Assembly (NCBI GenBank): GCA_963762145.1
Contig: CAVXJS010000011.1
Coordinates: forward strand, 192,001-256,000
Reading direction: 5' to 3'
Source of the DNA: an uncultured Candidatus Rokubacteria bacterium
GTDB taxonomy: Bacteria; Methylomirabilota; Methylomirabilia; Rokubacteriales; CSP1-6
DNA: 64,000 bases
Below are positions 38,003 to 46,727 of the stretch, one piece after another. The notes under the pieces are model-generated. The model saw only the letters and a program-made list of their open reading frames with translations, was not told the origin of the DNA and did no database searches. Both the position numbers and the translations under genes were made by a program. Position 1 is the stretch's first letter. Each line of letters begins with the position of its first letter.

Positions 38003-39538
38003 CTACTTGGCGAGCCAGCTATTCCAGAAGTACATGCGCGGCGCGGTGCGGAAGTCGCCCCGCAGCTCGCGACGCGCGGCGTCCAGGGTGAAGTAGTCGC
38101 CGAGCTTGACGCTGCCCACGTCCTCGTAGAAGACGACCTGGAGCCGGTCGATGATGACCTTCCGCTTCTTGAGGTCGTTCTCGCTCTGGAGGTCGGCGAG
38201 CAGACGCTCCTTCTCCTCGTTGCACCACCAGCCGTTGAACGTGCAGCGGAGCGCGACGTGGTTGGCCGGGTCGGCCGAGAAGACGAAGCCGGTGGAGAAG
38301 ATCTCCCAGAGCTCCGGCTTGGCGCCGCGATTGTTGAGCGTGGCCCAGTCCACCACCTGGAGATCCACCACGATCCCCACCTCCTCGAGCTGCTGCTTGG
38401 ACACCAGCGCGTTCTTGTACATGAACTCGTACTCGCGGGTGGTGATCCAGCGCAGCGGCTGGCCCGCGTAGCCCGCCTCCTTGAGGAGGCGCTTCGCCTT
38501 CTCCTTGTCCTTCTGGTTGTAGAGCGCCGCGCTCGCCGTCGAGTGCCAGGGCTGCTCGGGGAAGAAGAGTCCGGGGTCGAGCCGGTAGAACTCGCGCGAG
38601 CCGAAGCCGGCCACCAGGATCGGCTCCATGTCCAGGGCGGCCTGGAATGCCTGGCGCAGCTTCTTCTGGCCCGTCAGGGGCGACTTGTGGTTCATGACCG
38701 CCACCGCCCAGCCGCGCGGCTTGACGATCCGGGACTCCAGCGCGGGCAGGCCCTTGATGCGCTCGTAGGAGTCCTGCTTGACGAACATCGCGTGGTGGTA
38801 CTCGCCGGTCTCGACGCCGGCCAGGCGCACCGCGGTCTCGGGCACGGTGAGGAAGAGGATCTCGTCGAAGTACGCGGTGCGCTTGCCCCCGAAGCCGTTC
38901 GCCGGCTCCGCGCGGGCGCTGTAGTCCTTGAACTTCGCCAGCTTGATGTGCCGGTCCGGTCGGTGCTCCACGAAACGGAAGGGCCCGGTGCCGATGAACT
39001 CCTTGAGCTGGCCCTCCCCCGCGGCCTCGATGCTCTCCTTCGGGTAGACCGCCGCGTGAGGCTCGGCGAGCCCGTAGATGAGCGAGCTCGACGGCTGCTT
39101 CATGCTGATCACGACGGTGTGGGGATCCTTGGCGTCCACGCTCTCCACGTACTTCCAGAGCGCGCGGCCCACCGAGGCCACCCGGCCCCAGCGCTTGAGC
39201 GAGGGCACCACGTCGGCCGAGGTCATCTCCTTACCGTTGTGGAACTTGACCCCCTTCCGGAGCACGATCGTGTACTTGAGGCCCTTGTCGGTCAGCGTGT
39301 AGGACTCGGCCAGGAACGGCACCGGGTTGAAGTTCTTGTCGTAGGTGAAGACCGACTCGTTGACGTGCCACATGATCTCGTACACCAGGGTGGCGGTGCT
39401 CATCGGAATGTCGAGCGTGGGCGGCTCGCCGATCGCCGCGACCTTGAGCACGCCGCCCATGCGCGGGGTCTCCTGAGCGGTGGCGGGCATCACGAAGGCA
39501 AGGCTCGCGGCAAGGACGATGAGCGAGAACCGTTTCAT
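38003..39538 (-). CDS. Peptide ABC transporter substrate-binding protein (family 5)
   Basis: Signal peptide, LRKGVKFHNG, GTGPF, A..LL.EAGY. Confidence 0.93.
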   Translation of the reverse strand: MKRFSLIVLAASLAFVMPATAQETPRMGGVLKVAAIGEPPTLDIPMSTATLVYEIMWHVNESVFTYDKNFNPVPFLAESYTLTDKGLKYTIVLRKGVKFHNGKEMTSADVVPSLKRWGRVASVGRALWKYVESVDAKDPHTVVISMKQPSSSLIYGLAEPHAAVYPKESIEAAGEGQLKEFIGTGPFRFVEHRPDRHIKLAKFKDYSARAEPANGFGGKRTAYFDEILFLTVPETAVRLAGVETGEYHHAMFVKQDSYERIKGLPALESRIVKPRGWAVAVMNHKSPLTGQKKLRQAFQAALDMEPILVAGFGSREFYRLDPGLFFPEQPWHSTASAALYNQKDKEKAKRLLKEAGYAGQPLRWITTREYEFMYKNALVSKQQLEEVGIVVDLQVVDWATLNNRGAKPELWEIFSTGFVFSADPANHVALRCTFNGWWCNEEKERLLADLQSENDLKKRKVIIDRLQVVFYEDVGSVKLGDYFTLDAARRELRGDFRTAPRMYFWNSWLAK

Positions 39539-39573
39539 GGACGTCTCCTTGGGTCGAGGGGCGATGAGTGCGG

Positions 39574-40221
39574 CTACCGTCTGTTCTGGAGGAACCAGTC
39601 GACGGCCGCGGAGCCATCGGTGCTGTCCGGCTCGCGGGCCGGAGCCGGCGGAGATGGCGGCGTCGTCTTCGGCTCGGTCGTGCGTGGCGGTTCCGCCTTC
39701 GAGCGCGGCGCGGGAGGCTCGGCCCGCGGCACCGGAACCGGTGCCGGCGCCGCGGGAGGCTCTGGCTCGAGCGCGGGCGCAGGGGTGGCGGCGGATGCCG
39801 GCGGAGCCGTCGTGGGCCGGGGCTCGTCCGGGAGCACCTCGACCACGCGGGCGAGCTTCTTTCCCTCGTAGAGGTCGTAGGCGACCTTGACCTGGCCACC
39901 CGGTCGGACGTCGTTCATCCAGCCTTCGATCGTCCCGAGCATCACCCTGGTGTCCTTGGTGACCACGACCGGAACCGCGTCGCCGCCGGGCGGCTCGGAG
40001 GCGAGCAGGATGGCGCCCGGCTCGACTCTCGCCACGCGGCCGACGAGCTCCCCGTCCGGGTCGCGCGATCGATCGACCGGATACTCGAGAGGCTGCGCCA
40101 CACGAAGCACCAGCATCACCGCACCAGCCAGGAGCGCCAGGCTTCCGACCGCGGCACCGAACACCACGAAGCGAGCAACGACGGCCTTCACTTCCTCACG
40201 TGCTGATGGCCCCTGATACAA
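39574..40221 (-). CDS. Membrane-anchored hypothetical protein with OB-fold (DUF5666-like) and Pro-rich tail; start uncertain
   Basis: N-terminal TM, G.V..V...T.V......DVRPG.QVKV.Y pattern. Confidence 0.55.
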   Translation of the reverse strand: MYQGPSAREEVKAVVARFVVFGAAVGSLALLAGAVMLVLRVAQPLEYPVDRSRDPDGELVGRVARVEPGAILLASEPPGGDAVPVVVTKDTRVMLGTIEGWMNDVRPGGQVKVAYDLYEGKKLARVVEVLPDEPRPTTAPPASAATPAPALEPEPPAAPAPVPVPRAEPPAPRSKAEPPRTTEPKTTPPSPPAPAREPDSTDGSAAVDWFLQNRR

Positions 40222-41222
40222 TGCCGGCGGCAGACTGTCAAGGGCGTGTTCCCCACACTCGGAGGGCTTCCACCATACAGCCGGTGACGACGGTCTCTGC
40301 CGGGCAGGCCCCGCGTCGCCTCGACGTCTTCGTGGCCACCCAGACCGCCCACCTGTCGCGCGCGGCCGCCCGGCGGTGGATCGACGGCGGCCTGATCACC
40401 GTCAACGGCCGGCAGACCAAGCCCGCCCGGCTGATCCGCCCGGGCGACGTGATCGCGTGTCACGTGCCGGTGCGCGAGCCCCCGCCGGTGGAGCCCGAGC
40501 CGCTCGCCCTGCACGTGCTCCACGAGGACGCGGACCTGCTGGTGATCGACAAGCCCTCCGGTCTCGTCATGCACCCGGGTCCCGGCCACTGGACGGGGAC
40601 GCTCCTCAACGCGCTCGTGCATCACGTTGGTCAACGCGACGGCCAGCGCGCGCGGCCCGGCCTGGTCCATCGCCTCGACAAGGGCACCAGCGGCGTCCTC
40701 GTGATCGCGAAGACCGACGCCGCCCACCGCGACCTCTCACGCCAGTTCCGCGTCCACTCCGTACACCGCGTGTACCTGGCGCTCGTGGCCGGCGGGGTCC
40801 GGCGGGGCGGCCTGATCGAGCGGGCGCTGGGCCGAGACCCGCGCGACCGGCGCCGGGTCTCGACGCACTCGCCCGTCACAAGGCAGGCGGCGACCGAGTA
40901 CCGCGTCGCGGAGCGCCTCGGCCCCGACGCGACGCTGGTCGAGGCGCGCCCGCGCACCGGCCGCACCCATCAGATCCGCGTGCACCTGGCCTCGATCGGC
41001 CACCCGGTCCTGGGCGACGCGAGCTATGGCGCGGTCCCGGCCGATCCCGAGCTGGTCCGCCCGATGCTGCACGCGGCCGTGCTCGGCTTCACGCACCCGA
41101 CGAGCGGGGAGTACACGGAGTTCCGGGCGCCCCTGCCGACCGACATGGAAGCCGCGGTGGCCCGCCGTCGGCCGAGCCGAGGGATATCACGCGCTCGGGT
41201 TTCTCAGCGGCAGCGACCGTGA
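40200..41222 (+). CDS. rluD: RluA/RluD family pseudouridine synthase (start may be GTG 40284)
   Basis: S4 domain RLD, DKPSGLVMHP, LVHRLDKGTSG, TGRTHQIRVHL. Confidence 0.92.
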   Translation: MLMAPDTMPAADCQGRVPHTRRASTIQPVTTVSAGQAPRRLDVFVATQTAHLSRAAARRWIDGGLITVNGRQTKPARLIRPGDVIACHVPVREPPPVEPEPLALHVLHEDADLLVIDKPSGLVMHPGPGHWTGTLLNALVHHVGQRDGQRARPGLVHRLDKGTSGVLVIAKTDAAHRDLSRQFRVHSVHRVYLALVAGGVRRGGLIERALGRDPRDRRRVSTHSPVTRQAATEYRVAERLGPDATLVEARPRTGRTHQIRVHLASIGHPVLGDASYGAVPADPELVRPMLHAAVLGFTHPTSGEYTEFRAPLPTDMEAAVARRRPSRGISRARVSQRQRP

Positions 41223-42643
41223 CCGGAGTCGGTGAAGGTGCGACCGGCTACTGGAATGAAGCGCCACTCGTAGCTGGTCGGGTGGAGGGTCAGCTTCAGG
41301 ACTCCGAAGGTGTCGTCGTCGCGTGACTCGCTGTTCGCGGCCGGCGGCCCATCGAATCGGTGCCGGGTCGCGCCGCCGGTGCCGACCACGAACTGGCGAA
41401 CGCCGCCCACCGGGTCGGGCTCGCCGTTCGGCTTCTGAGGCGCGAAGCGCTCGTAGACGTGGTCGTGCCCGCCCAGCACGATCTCGGCGCCGTGCTCGTA
41501 GAGCGCTTGCCAGAAGGCGGTCACGTCGGCCTCGTTACCCTGCGCCCCCGAGCTGAAGCGGGGGTGGTGCCAGTACGCGAGCGTGCAGGCCGCCGGGTGC
41601 GCGGCGAGGTCGGCCCGGAGCCAGCGCTCCTGGGGTGATCCCGGGCCGCACCCGCCGACGTCCGAGCAGTTGGAGTTCAGCACGATGATGTGCCAGGCGC
41701 CGAGGCCGTAACTGTAATAGCCCCGGTCGGGATCGCCGGCGGCGGGGCCGAAGTACTCGAAGTAGCCGGACGCGCGCGGCGTCAGGTAGTCGTGGTTGCC
41801 CGGGCTGGGACGAGTGCGCGATTTGTGACGCCCCCAGCTGGGCTCGTAGCACGCGGCGAACTCGATGGGCGTGCCGGCCTCGTAGGCGTGGTCCCCGAGC
41901 GTGAAGACGGTCCCGTCGATGGTGTCGAGCAGGGTCGCGGTCGCCTCGTCCCCGTCACTGGCACAGGAGGCGATGTCGCCCGCTCCCACGAGCACGAAAC
42001 TGCCGGCCGGCGCTGCTCCCGAGTGTTTTCCCGCCAGGGCCCGGAGCTTCTCCACGAGATCCTGATAGGACGAGCGAGCGACGAGCGCGGTGAACTGGGC
42101 CCGATAGTTGTTGACCAGGCTGGTGCCGCCGACGGTGAGGTCGTAGATCTTCCACTGGTCTCCGGCACGTCGCGTCAAGTAGTGCACCGGAATCTGGCGG
42201 TTCTTCTTCGTGACGATGGCGGTTCGCACGGTGGCCGAGTCGCCCTCGACGGTCTCGTCGAGGTACAGGAACTGCTCCCGATCGGCGAGCTCGATCCGGG
42301 AAAGGTACGTGCGCCGGAACAGCTCGGCAAAGAGATCCACGAACTCGGCGCGCTCGGCCTCGGTCCGCTCACTCCAGTGCGGGCCGAGCGCGCGCCTGGC
42401 CATTTCATTCCAGTCGAAGATCTCGTCGAGGAGTCGACGGGCCTCGGCCTGTCGGATCGGAGCGGTACTCTCGCCCGACCCGGCGGGAGAGAGGAGATCG
42501 TAGATCTTTTCGATCCGTACCCGGATGTGGTCGGTGACGCTCTCCGCCTCGACCTTGGTGGAGACGCCGGCCGCCGCGACGAGGACGACGGCCAGGACGA
42601 GGGGGAGCGGGTAGCGAGATGTCCGAGGCCGTGTGGAGATCAT
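41204..42643 (-). CDS. MlaC/Ttg2D-like lipid-binding domain fused to a calcineurin-like metallophosphoesterase
   Basis: Signal peptide; FDW.EMARRALG.HW...WKIYDL...G.SLV.NYRAQF; then GAGDIA, LGDHAY, PGNHDY, HHP, GHDH.YER. Confidence 0.85.
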   Translation of the reverse strand: MISTRPRTSRYPLPLVLAVVLVAAAGVSTKVEAESVTDHIRVRIEKIYDLLSPAGSGESTAPIRQAEARRLLDEIFDWNEMARRALGPHWSERTEAERAEFVDLFAELFRRTYLSRIELADREQFLYLDETVEGDSATVRTAIVTKKNRQIPVHYLTRRAGDQWKIYDLTVGGTSLVNNYRAQFTALVARSSYQDLVEKLRALAGKHSGAAPAGSFVLVGAGDIASCASDGDEATATLLDTIDGTVFTLGDHAYEAGTPIEFAACYEPSWGRHKSRTRPSPGNHDYLTPRASGYFEYFGPAAGDPDRGYYSYGLGAWHIIVLNSNCSDVGGCGPGSPQERWLRADLAAHPAACTLAYWHHPRFSSGAQGNEADVTAFWQALYEHGAEIVLGGHDHVYERFAPQKPNGEPDPVGGVRQFVVGTGGATRHRFDGPPAANSESRDDDTFGVLKLTLHPTSYEWRFIPVAGRTFTDSGHGRCR

Positions 42644-42689
42644 GTGGCACCTCCCTCGGTGAGTGTCTTCCCTATGGTACCCCCGGGCG

Positions 42690-43799
42690 CTAGGCGAGGC
42701 CGATCGCCCTCGCGACGGTGTCCAGGTGCAGGCCTGAATCGCCCGCGTCGAGGCCGGCCGCGAGGATGCGCTTGTGGAAGAGATGGAGCGGGTGCTCCTC
42801 GGAATAGCCGATGGCCCCCATGATCTGATGGCCGCGGCGGGCCACCCGCAGGCAGGCCTCGCCGCTGTACGCTTTGGAGGCGGCGATCGCAGCCTCCGCG
42901 TCGGGCCGACCGGATTCGAGCTTCCACGCGGCTTCCCACATGAGCCAGCGCGCGCTCTCGACGTCCCGGAAGAGGTCGGCGCAGGCGTGCTGGACGGCCT
43001 GGTAGCCGCCGATGGGCCGGCCGCCCTGCACGCGCACGCGCGCGTGCTCCACGCAGAGCTCGAGCACGCGCTGGGCCGCGCCGGCCATCTCGGCGCTGCG
43101 GGCGAGCGCGCCGATGCCGAACGCCGGGGCGGCCAGCGCCCAGCCGTCGCCGGGCGCGCCGAGCAGATCGTCCGGACGGGTCTCCACGTCGGCGAGCTCG
43201 AGCTCGAAGAGCTTGTCGCCGGTCATGCTGTCGAGCGGGCGAGTGGCGATGCCGGGGCGGTCCATCGGAAGCAGGAGCGCGGTGGGCCCGGCGGGCGATC
43301 GTCCGAGCACGATCACGTCGGTCGCCACGTGCGCGTCCGAGACGAAGAGCTTGCGCCCGGTCAGGCGGCCCGGAGCGGCCACCGGAAGGGCCAGCGCGTC
43401 GGGGTCGAGACGGCCCGATTCCTCGAGCACGGCGAGCGCGCAGATTCGCTCGCCCAGGGCCAGCGAGGGCAGCAGCGCCTGGGCCCGCCGCCCACCGGCG
43501 GTGATCAGGATGGTGGTGGCGACCATGGCGCTCCCGATGAACGGGCTCGGGAAGCAGGCGCGGCCCAGCTCCTCGACGAGGGCCAGCGCGTCGCCGACGG
43601 AGCCGTCGCTGCCGCCCAGCTCGGTGGGGACCAGGAGGCCCGGCCAGCCGAGCGTGGCGATCTCCTTCCAGAGGTCGGCCGCGAAGCCGCGCGGGTCGAG
43701 CGCCAGCTCCTGGACGCGCTCGGGCGGGCAGCGCTGCTGGAGGAGCGCGCGCGCCGACTGCTGCAGGAGCTGCTGCGATGGCGAGAACGAGAGGTCCAT
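42690..43799 (-). CDS. Acyl-CoA dehydrogenase family protein
   Basis: MDLSFS..QQ, LGWPGL, EELGR, R.QGGRPIG.YQAVQH, HQ.MGAIGY.EEH. Confidence 0.9.
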   Translation of the reverse strand: MDLSFSPSQQLLQQSARALLQQRCPPERVQELALDPRGFAADLWKEIATLGWPGLLVPTELGGSDGSVGDALALVEELGRACFPSPFIGSAMVATTILITAGGRRAQALLPSLALGERICALAVLEESGRLDPDALALPVAAPGRLTGRKLFVSDAHVATDVIVLGRSPAGPTALLLPMDRPGIATRPLDSMTGDKLFELELADVETRPDDLLGAPGDGWALAAPAFGIGALARSAEMAGAAQRVLELCVEHARVRVQGGRPIGGYQAVQHACADLFRDVESARWLMWEAAWKLESGRPDAEAAIAASKAYSGEACLRVARRGHQIMGAIGYSEEHPLHLFHKRILAAGLDAGDSGLHLDTVARAIGLA

Positions 43800-43804
43800 T
43801 TTAT

Positions 43805-43880
43805 CTGGGGGGGAGCGACCGCCGCTCCTCCCCCAGGCCCCCCCACCGGTTTGGTTGCAGCAGATATCGATCTGGCATTG
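43805..43880. repeat. Double-hairpin intergenic element
   Basis: G-run/C-run stem 43805-43836, linker GGCCCCCCCA..GGTTGC, second stem CAGAT/ATCTG 43861-43874. Confidence 0.55.
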
Positions 43881-43882
43881 GA

Positions 43883-45062
43883 TTATCCGCGGGCCCTTGG
43901 CTCGGCGGGCAGGCCGAGGGCGCGCACCGCGATGGTGGTGCGCTGGATCTCGGAGGTCCCGCCCGCGAGGGTGTGACCCCAGCTCGTCTGGTACTGGTGC
44001 TCGATCTCGCCGCGGAGCCGGGCCCAGCGGGAGCCGGCGCGGAGCACGCCGTACGGGCCGAGCAGCTCCATGCCCATCGAGAGCACGCGCTGCCCCAGCT
44101 CGTCGGCCAGGACCTTCGCGGCGGAGACCGGGCCGGTCGCGGGCAGGTCCCGCTCGATGAGCCAGGCCGCGCGGAGGAAGAGCGCGCGGAGCGCCGCGAT
44201 CTCGCTGGCCGCCTGGGCGAGTCGTCGGCGCGCGACCGCGTCGCCGGGCATGGCCGCGTTCACGTAGTCGACGAGCAGGCCCACGATGCGACGGAGGAAC
44301 GGGGCCTTGTAGAAGCGCCCCCAGAATCGGTCGGTGTCGAGGCCCTTCAGGAGCTGGTTGAAGCCCTCGCCGGGCTTGCCCAGCACCCAGTCGCGCGGCA
44401 CGCGCACGCCGTCCATGAAGATCTCGTAGTGATAGACCTGGCCGGTCAGGCTGCGGATCGGACGCACGTCCATGCCGGACAGCCGGTTGTCCACCATCAA
44501 CATGGTGAGGCCGCGGTTGCGGGTGGACGCGGGATCGGTGCGGGCGAGCACCGTGCCGTAGGTCGCGATGCCCGCGTGGCTCGACCAGATCTTGCGGCCG
44601 TCGAGCACCCAGTGATCGCCCTCGAGGCGGGCGTGGGTCTTGAGCGCGAGCAGGTCCGAGCCCGCGTCCGGGCTCGCTGTAGCCCTGCCAGAACGTGGCC
44701 TCGCCGCGCGCGACGAGCGGCAGGATCTCGCGCTGAAGGGTCTCGGAGCCGTTGCGAATGATCGAGTCGGAGACCTGCAGGCAGCCCGAGAGCGGGCCGA
44801 AGGGCGCGCCGGCGGCGGCCAGCTCCTCGAGAAGGATCAGCAGATAGCTCATGGGCCGCGCCAGGCCGCCGTGCTCGCGCGGCCAGCCGAGGCTGAGCCA
44901 GCCCCGCTCGCCGAGCGCGCGCGTGAAGGCTCTGGAGTGGCCGCCGGAGCCGTAGCCGGCGTCGGTGCCGTCCTCGGGGAACGTCTCGGGCGGGTGCGCG
45001 CGGAGAAACGCCCGCACCTCGTCGGCGAAGGCCTGCTCGGGGCCGGAGAGCCCGAAGTCCAT
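43883..45062 (-). CDS. Acyl-CoA dehydrogenase family protein (frameshifts ~44630-44680)
   Basis: WPREHGG, WQGYSEP..GSDL, G.KIWSSHA, AGGTSEIQR. Confidence 0.88.
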
Positions 45063-45082
45063 GGCCGGAGCCTGCGCCGGGC

Positions 45083-46141
45083 CTACCGCCGCCGCGCCAG
45101 CTCCGCGAAGGGCCCCGAGATCCGCACGATCTGGTTGAGCTGGAAGACGCCGGTGCGGATGACCGAGACGAACAGGTCGCCGGCCAGGCCGGCCGCGCGC
45201 GTCTCGGGCGTATCGGGCACGAAGGCGAGCCCTCGCGGCGCGTCGCCCTCGGTGAATCGCGCGAGGGGCAGGCGGTTGCCGTCGGCGGTGACGCCGAAGA
45301 TCTCGTTGGCCTGCCGGTCGGTCACGAAGACGGAGCCGCCCGGGCCGGGGCTCAGGCCCTGCGACACCGGGCCCTCCACCATGAGCCGCCGCTCGCCGCC
45401 CGGCGCCACGCGCCAGATCTCGCCGGGGCCGCCCTGCCACGGGGCCTCCGCGCTGCCGTCGCCGCCGACCCACAGATGGTCGCGGTCGTCGACGGTGAGC
45501 GTGCGCGGGCGAAGGACGCGCACGTAGCTCGGGTCCAGCACGCGTCCGGTCGGATCGAGCCGCACGACCACGCCGCGATCGCGGTCGGCCACGTAGACGT
45601 TGCCCGCCGAGTCCACCGCCGAGCCCTCCGGCTGGACCAGGGTCGGCGGCGTGCCGGCGTCCGGCGTGCCGCCCGCGAAGAACACGATGCGGCCGTCGAT
45701 CAGGCGGTACAGCACGCCCACGCGGCGATCGCGGTCGAACGTGGTGACGAAGAGCTCGCGTCCGCCCCGGCCGGCGCTCACCTGCGCGTTGTTCAGCGGC
45801 GGGCCGTGGAAGAAGCGCGACTCGGTCGCGACGGTGACCTGGGCGCCGCCCGGCTTGATCCGGTACATGGAGGTCAGGTAGTCGAACTCCCCGCCGCTGT
45901 ACCGCCGGCCGCTCCGCGCGAGATAGAGCGCGCCGGCGTGGTCCACCGCCAGGGTCGGGGTCGTGGGGATCCCGCGCCCGCGGAACTCGGTGGAGCCGCC
46001 GAAGCCGTCCCCGGTGACGTAGAGCCGCGCGGTGAAGCCGGCGGGCAGGACGATCTCGGCCCGCGCCGCGATGGGAACCAGGAGGAGCACCGCGAGGGTC
46101 AGCACCGCCGCCAGCAGCCGCCGGGCCGGATTCACGATCAT
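45083..46141 (-). CDS. Secreted NHL/SMP-30-like beta-propeller protein
   Basis: Signal peptide ending ARA; repeats P.G.AVD..GNVYVAD, PRGLAF. Confidence 0.75.
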   Translation of the reverse strand: MIVNPARRLLAAVLTLAVLLLVPIAARAEIVLPAGFTARLYVTGDGFGGSTEFRGRGIPTTPTLAVDHAGALYLARSGRRYSGGEFDYLTSMYRIKPGGAQVTVATESRFFHGPPLNNAQVSAGRGGRELFVTTFDRDRRVGVLYRLIDGRIVFFAGGTPDAGTPPTLVQPEGSAVDSAGNVYVADRDRGVVVRLDPTGRVLDPSYVRVLRPRTLTVDDRDHLWVGGDGSAEAPWQGGPGEIWRVAPGGERRLMVEGPVSQGLSPGPGGSVFVTDRQANEIFGVTADGNRLPLARFTEGDAPRGLAFVPDTPETRAAGLAGDLFVSVIRTGVFQLNQIVRISGPFAELARRR

Positions 46142-46264
46142 CGAGCCCGCATGATAGCGTCTCGCGTGCTTCCGCTTCAACCGCCCGGGAGAGATCTTGT
46201 CCTTGCCCCCGGTGGTCGGATGGCCGATACTCCGGGTCACCAAACCTCCGGGGAGGGACGACCC

Positions 46265-46714
46265 ATGGCCCGCTTGACGATCAACGGCCGCTCGATCGAG
46301 GTCAACGTCAACCCCAACACGCCGCTCCTGTGGGCCATCCGGGAGCAGGCCGGGCTCACCGGCACCAAGTACGGCTGCGGGATCGCCCAGTGCGGGGCCT
46401 GCACCGTGCACGTGGACGGCGTCGCGATCCGCTCCTGCGTGATGCCGGTCGCCGCCGTCGTGGGCAAGAAGATCACAACCATCGAGGGCCTGGCCAGCGG
46501 GTCCTCCCTGCACAAGGTGCAGAAGGCCTGGCTCGACCACGAGGTGCCGCAGTGCGGCTACTGCCAGGCCGGCATGATCATGGCGGTGGCGGCGCTGCTG
46601 AGTGACACCCCCAAGCCGACCGACGCCGATATCGACGCGAAGATCACCAACATCTGTCGCTGCGGCACGTTCCAGCAGGTTCGCGAGGCCATTCACACCG
46701 CGGCCAAGGCCTGA
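46265..46714 (+). CDS. iorA: 2Fe-2S subunit, isoquinoline 1-oxidoreductase alpha-like
   Basis: GTKYGCGIAQCGACTV, QCGYCQAG, NICRCGT. Confidence 0.9.
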   Translation: MARLTINGRSIEVNVNPNTPLLWAIREQAGLTGTKYGCGIAQCGACTVHVDGVAIRSCVMPVAAVVGKKITTIEGLASGSSLHKVQKAWLDHEVPQCGYCQAGMIMAVAALLSDTPKPTDADIDAKITNICRCGTFQQVREAIHTAAKA

Positions 46715-46727
46715 GGGGGTGGATGCC

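Noticed and set aside
42690-45473. 927-aa double acyl-CoA dehydrogenase fusion
   Set aside because: Read-through of alternate frames; two separate genes with their own starts and a stop at 43883
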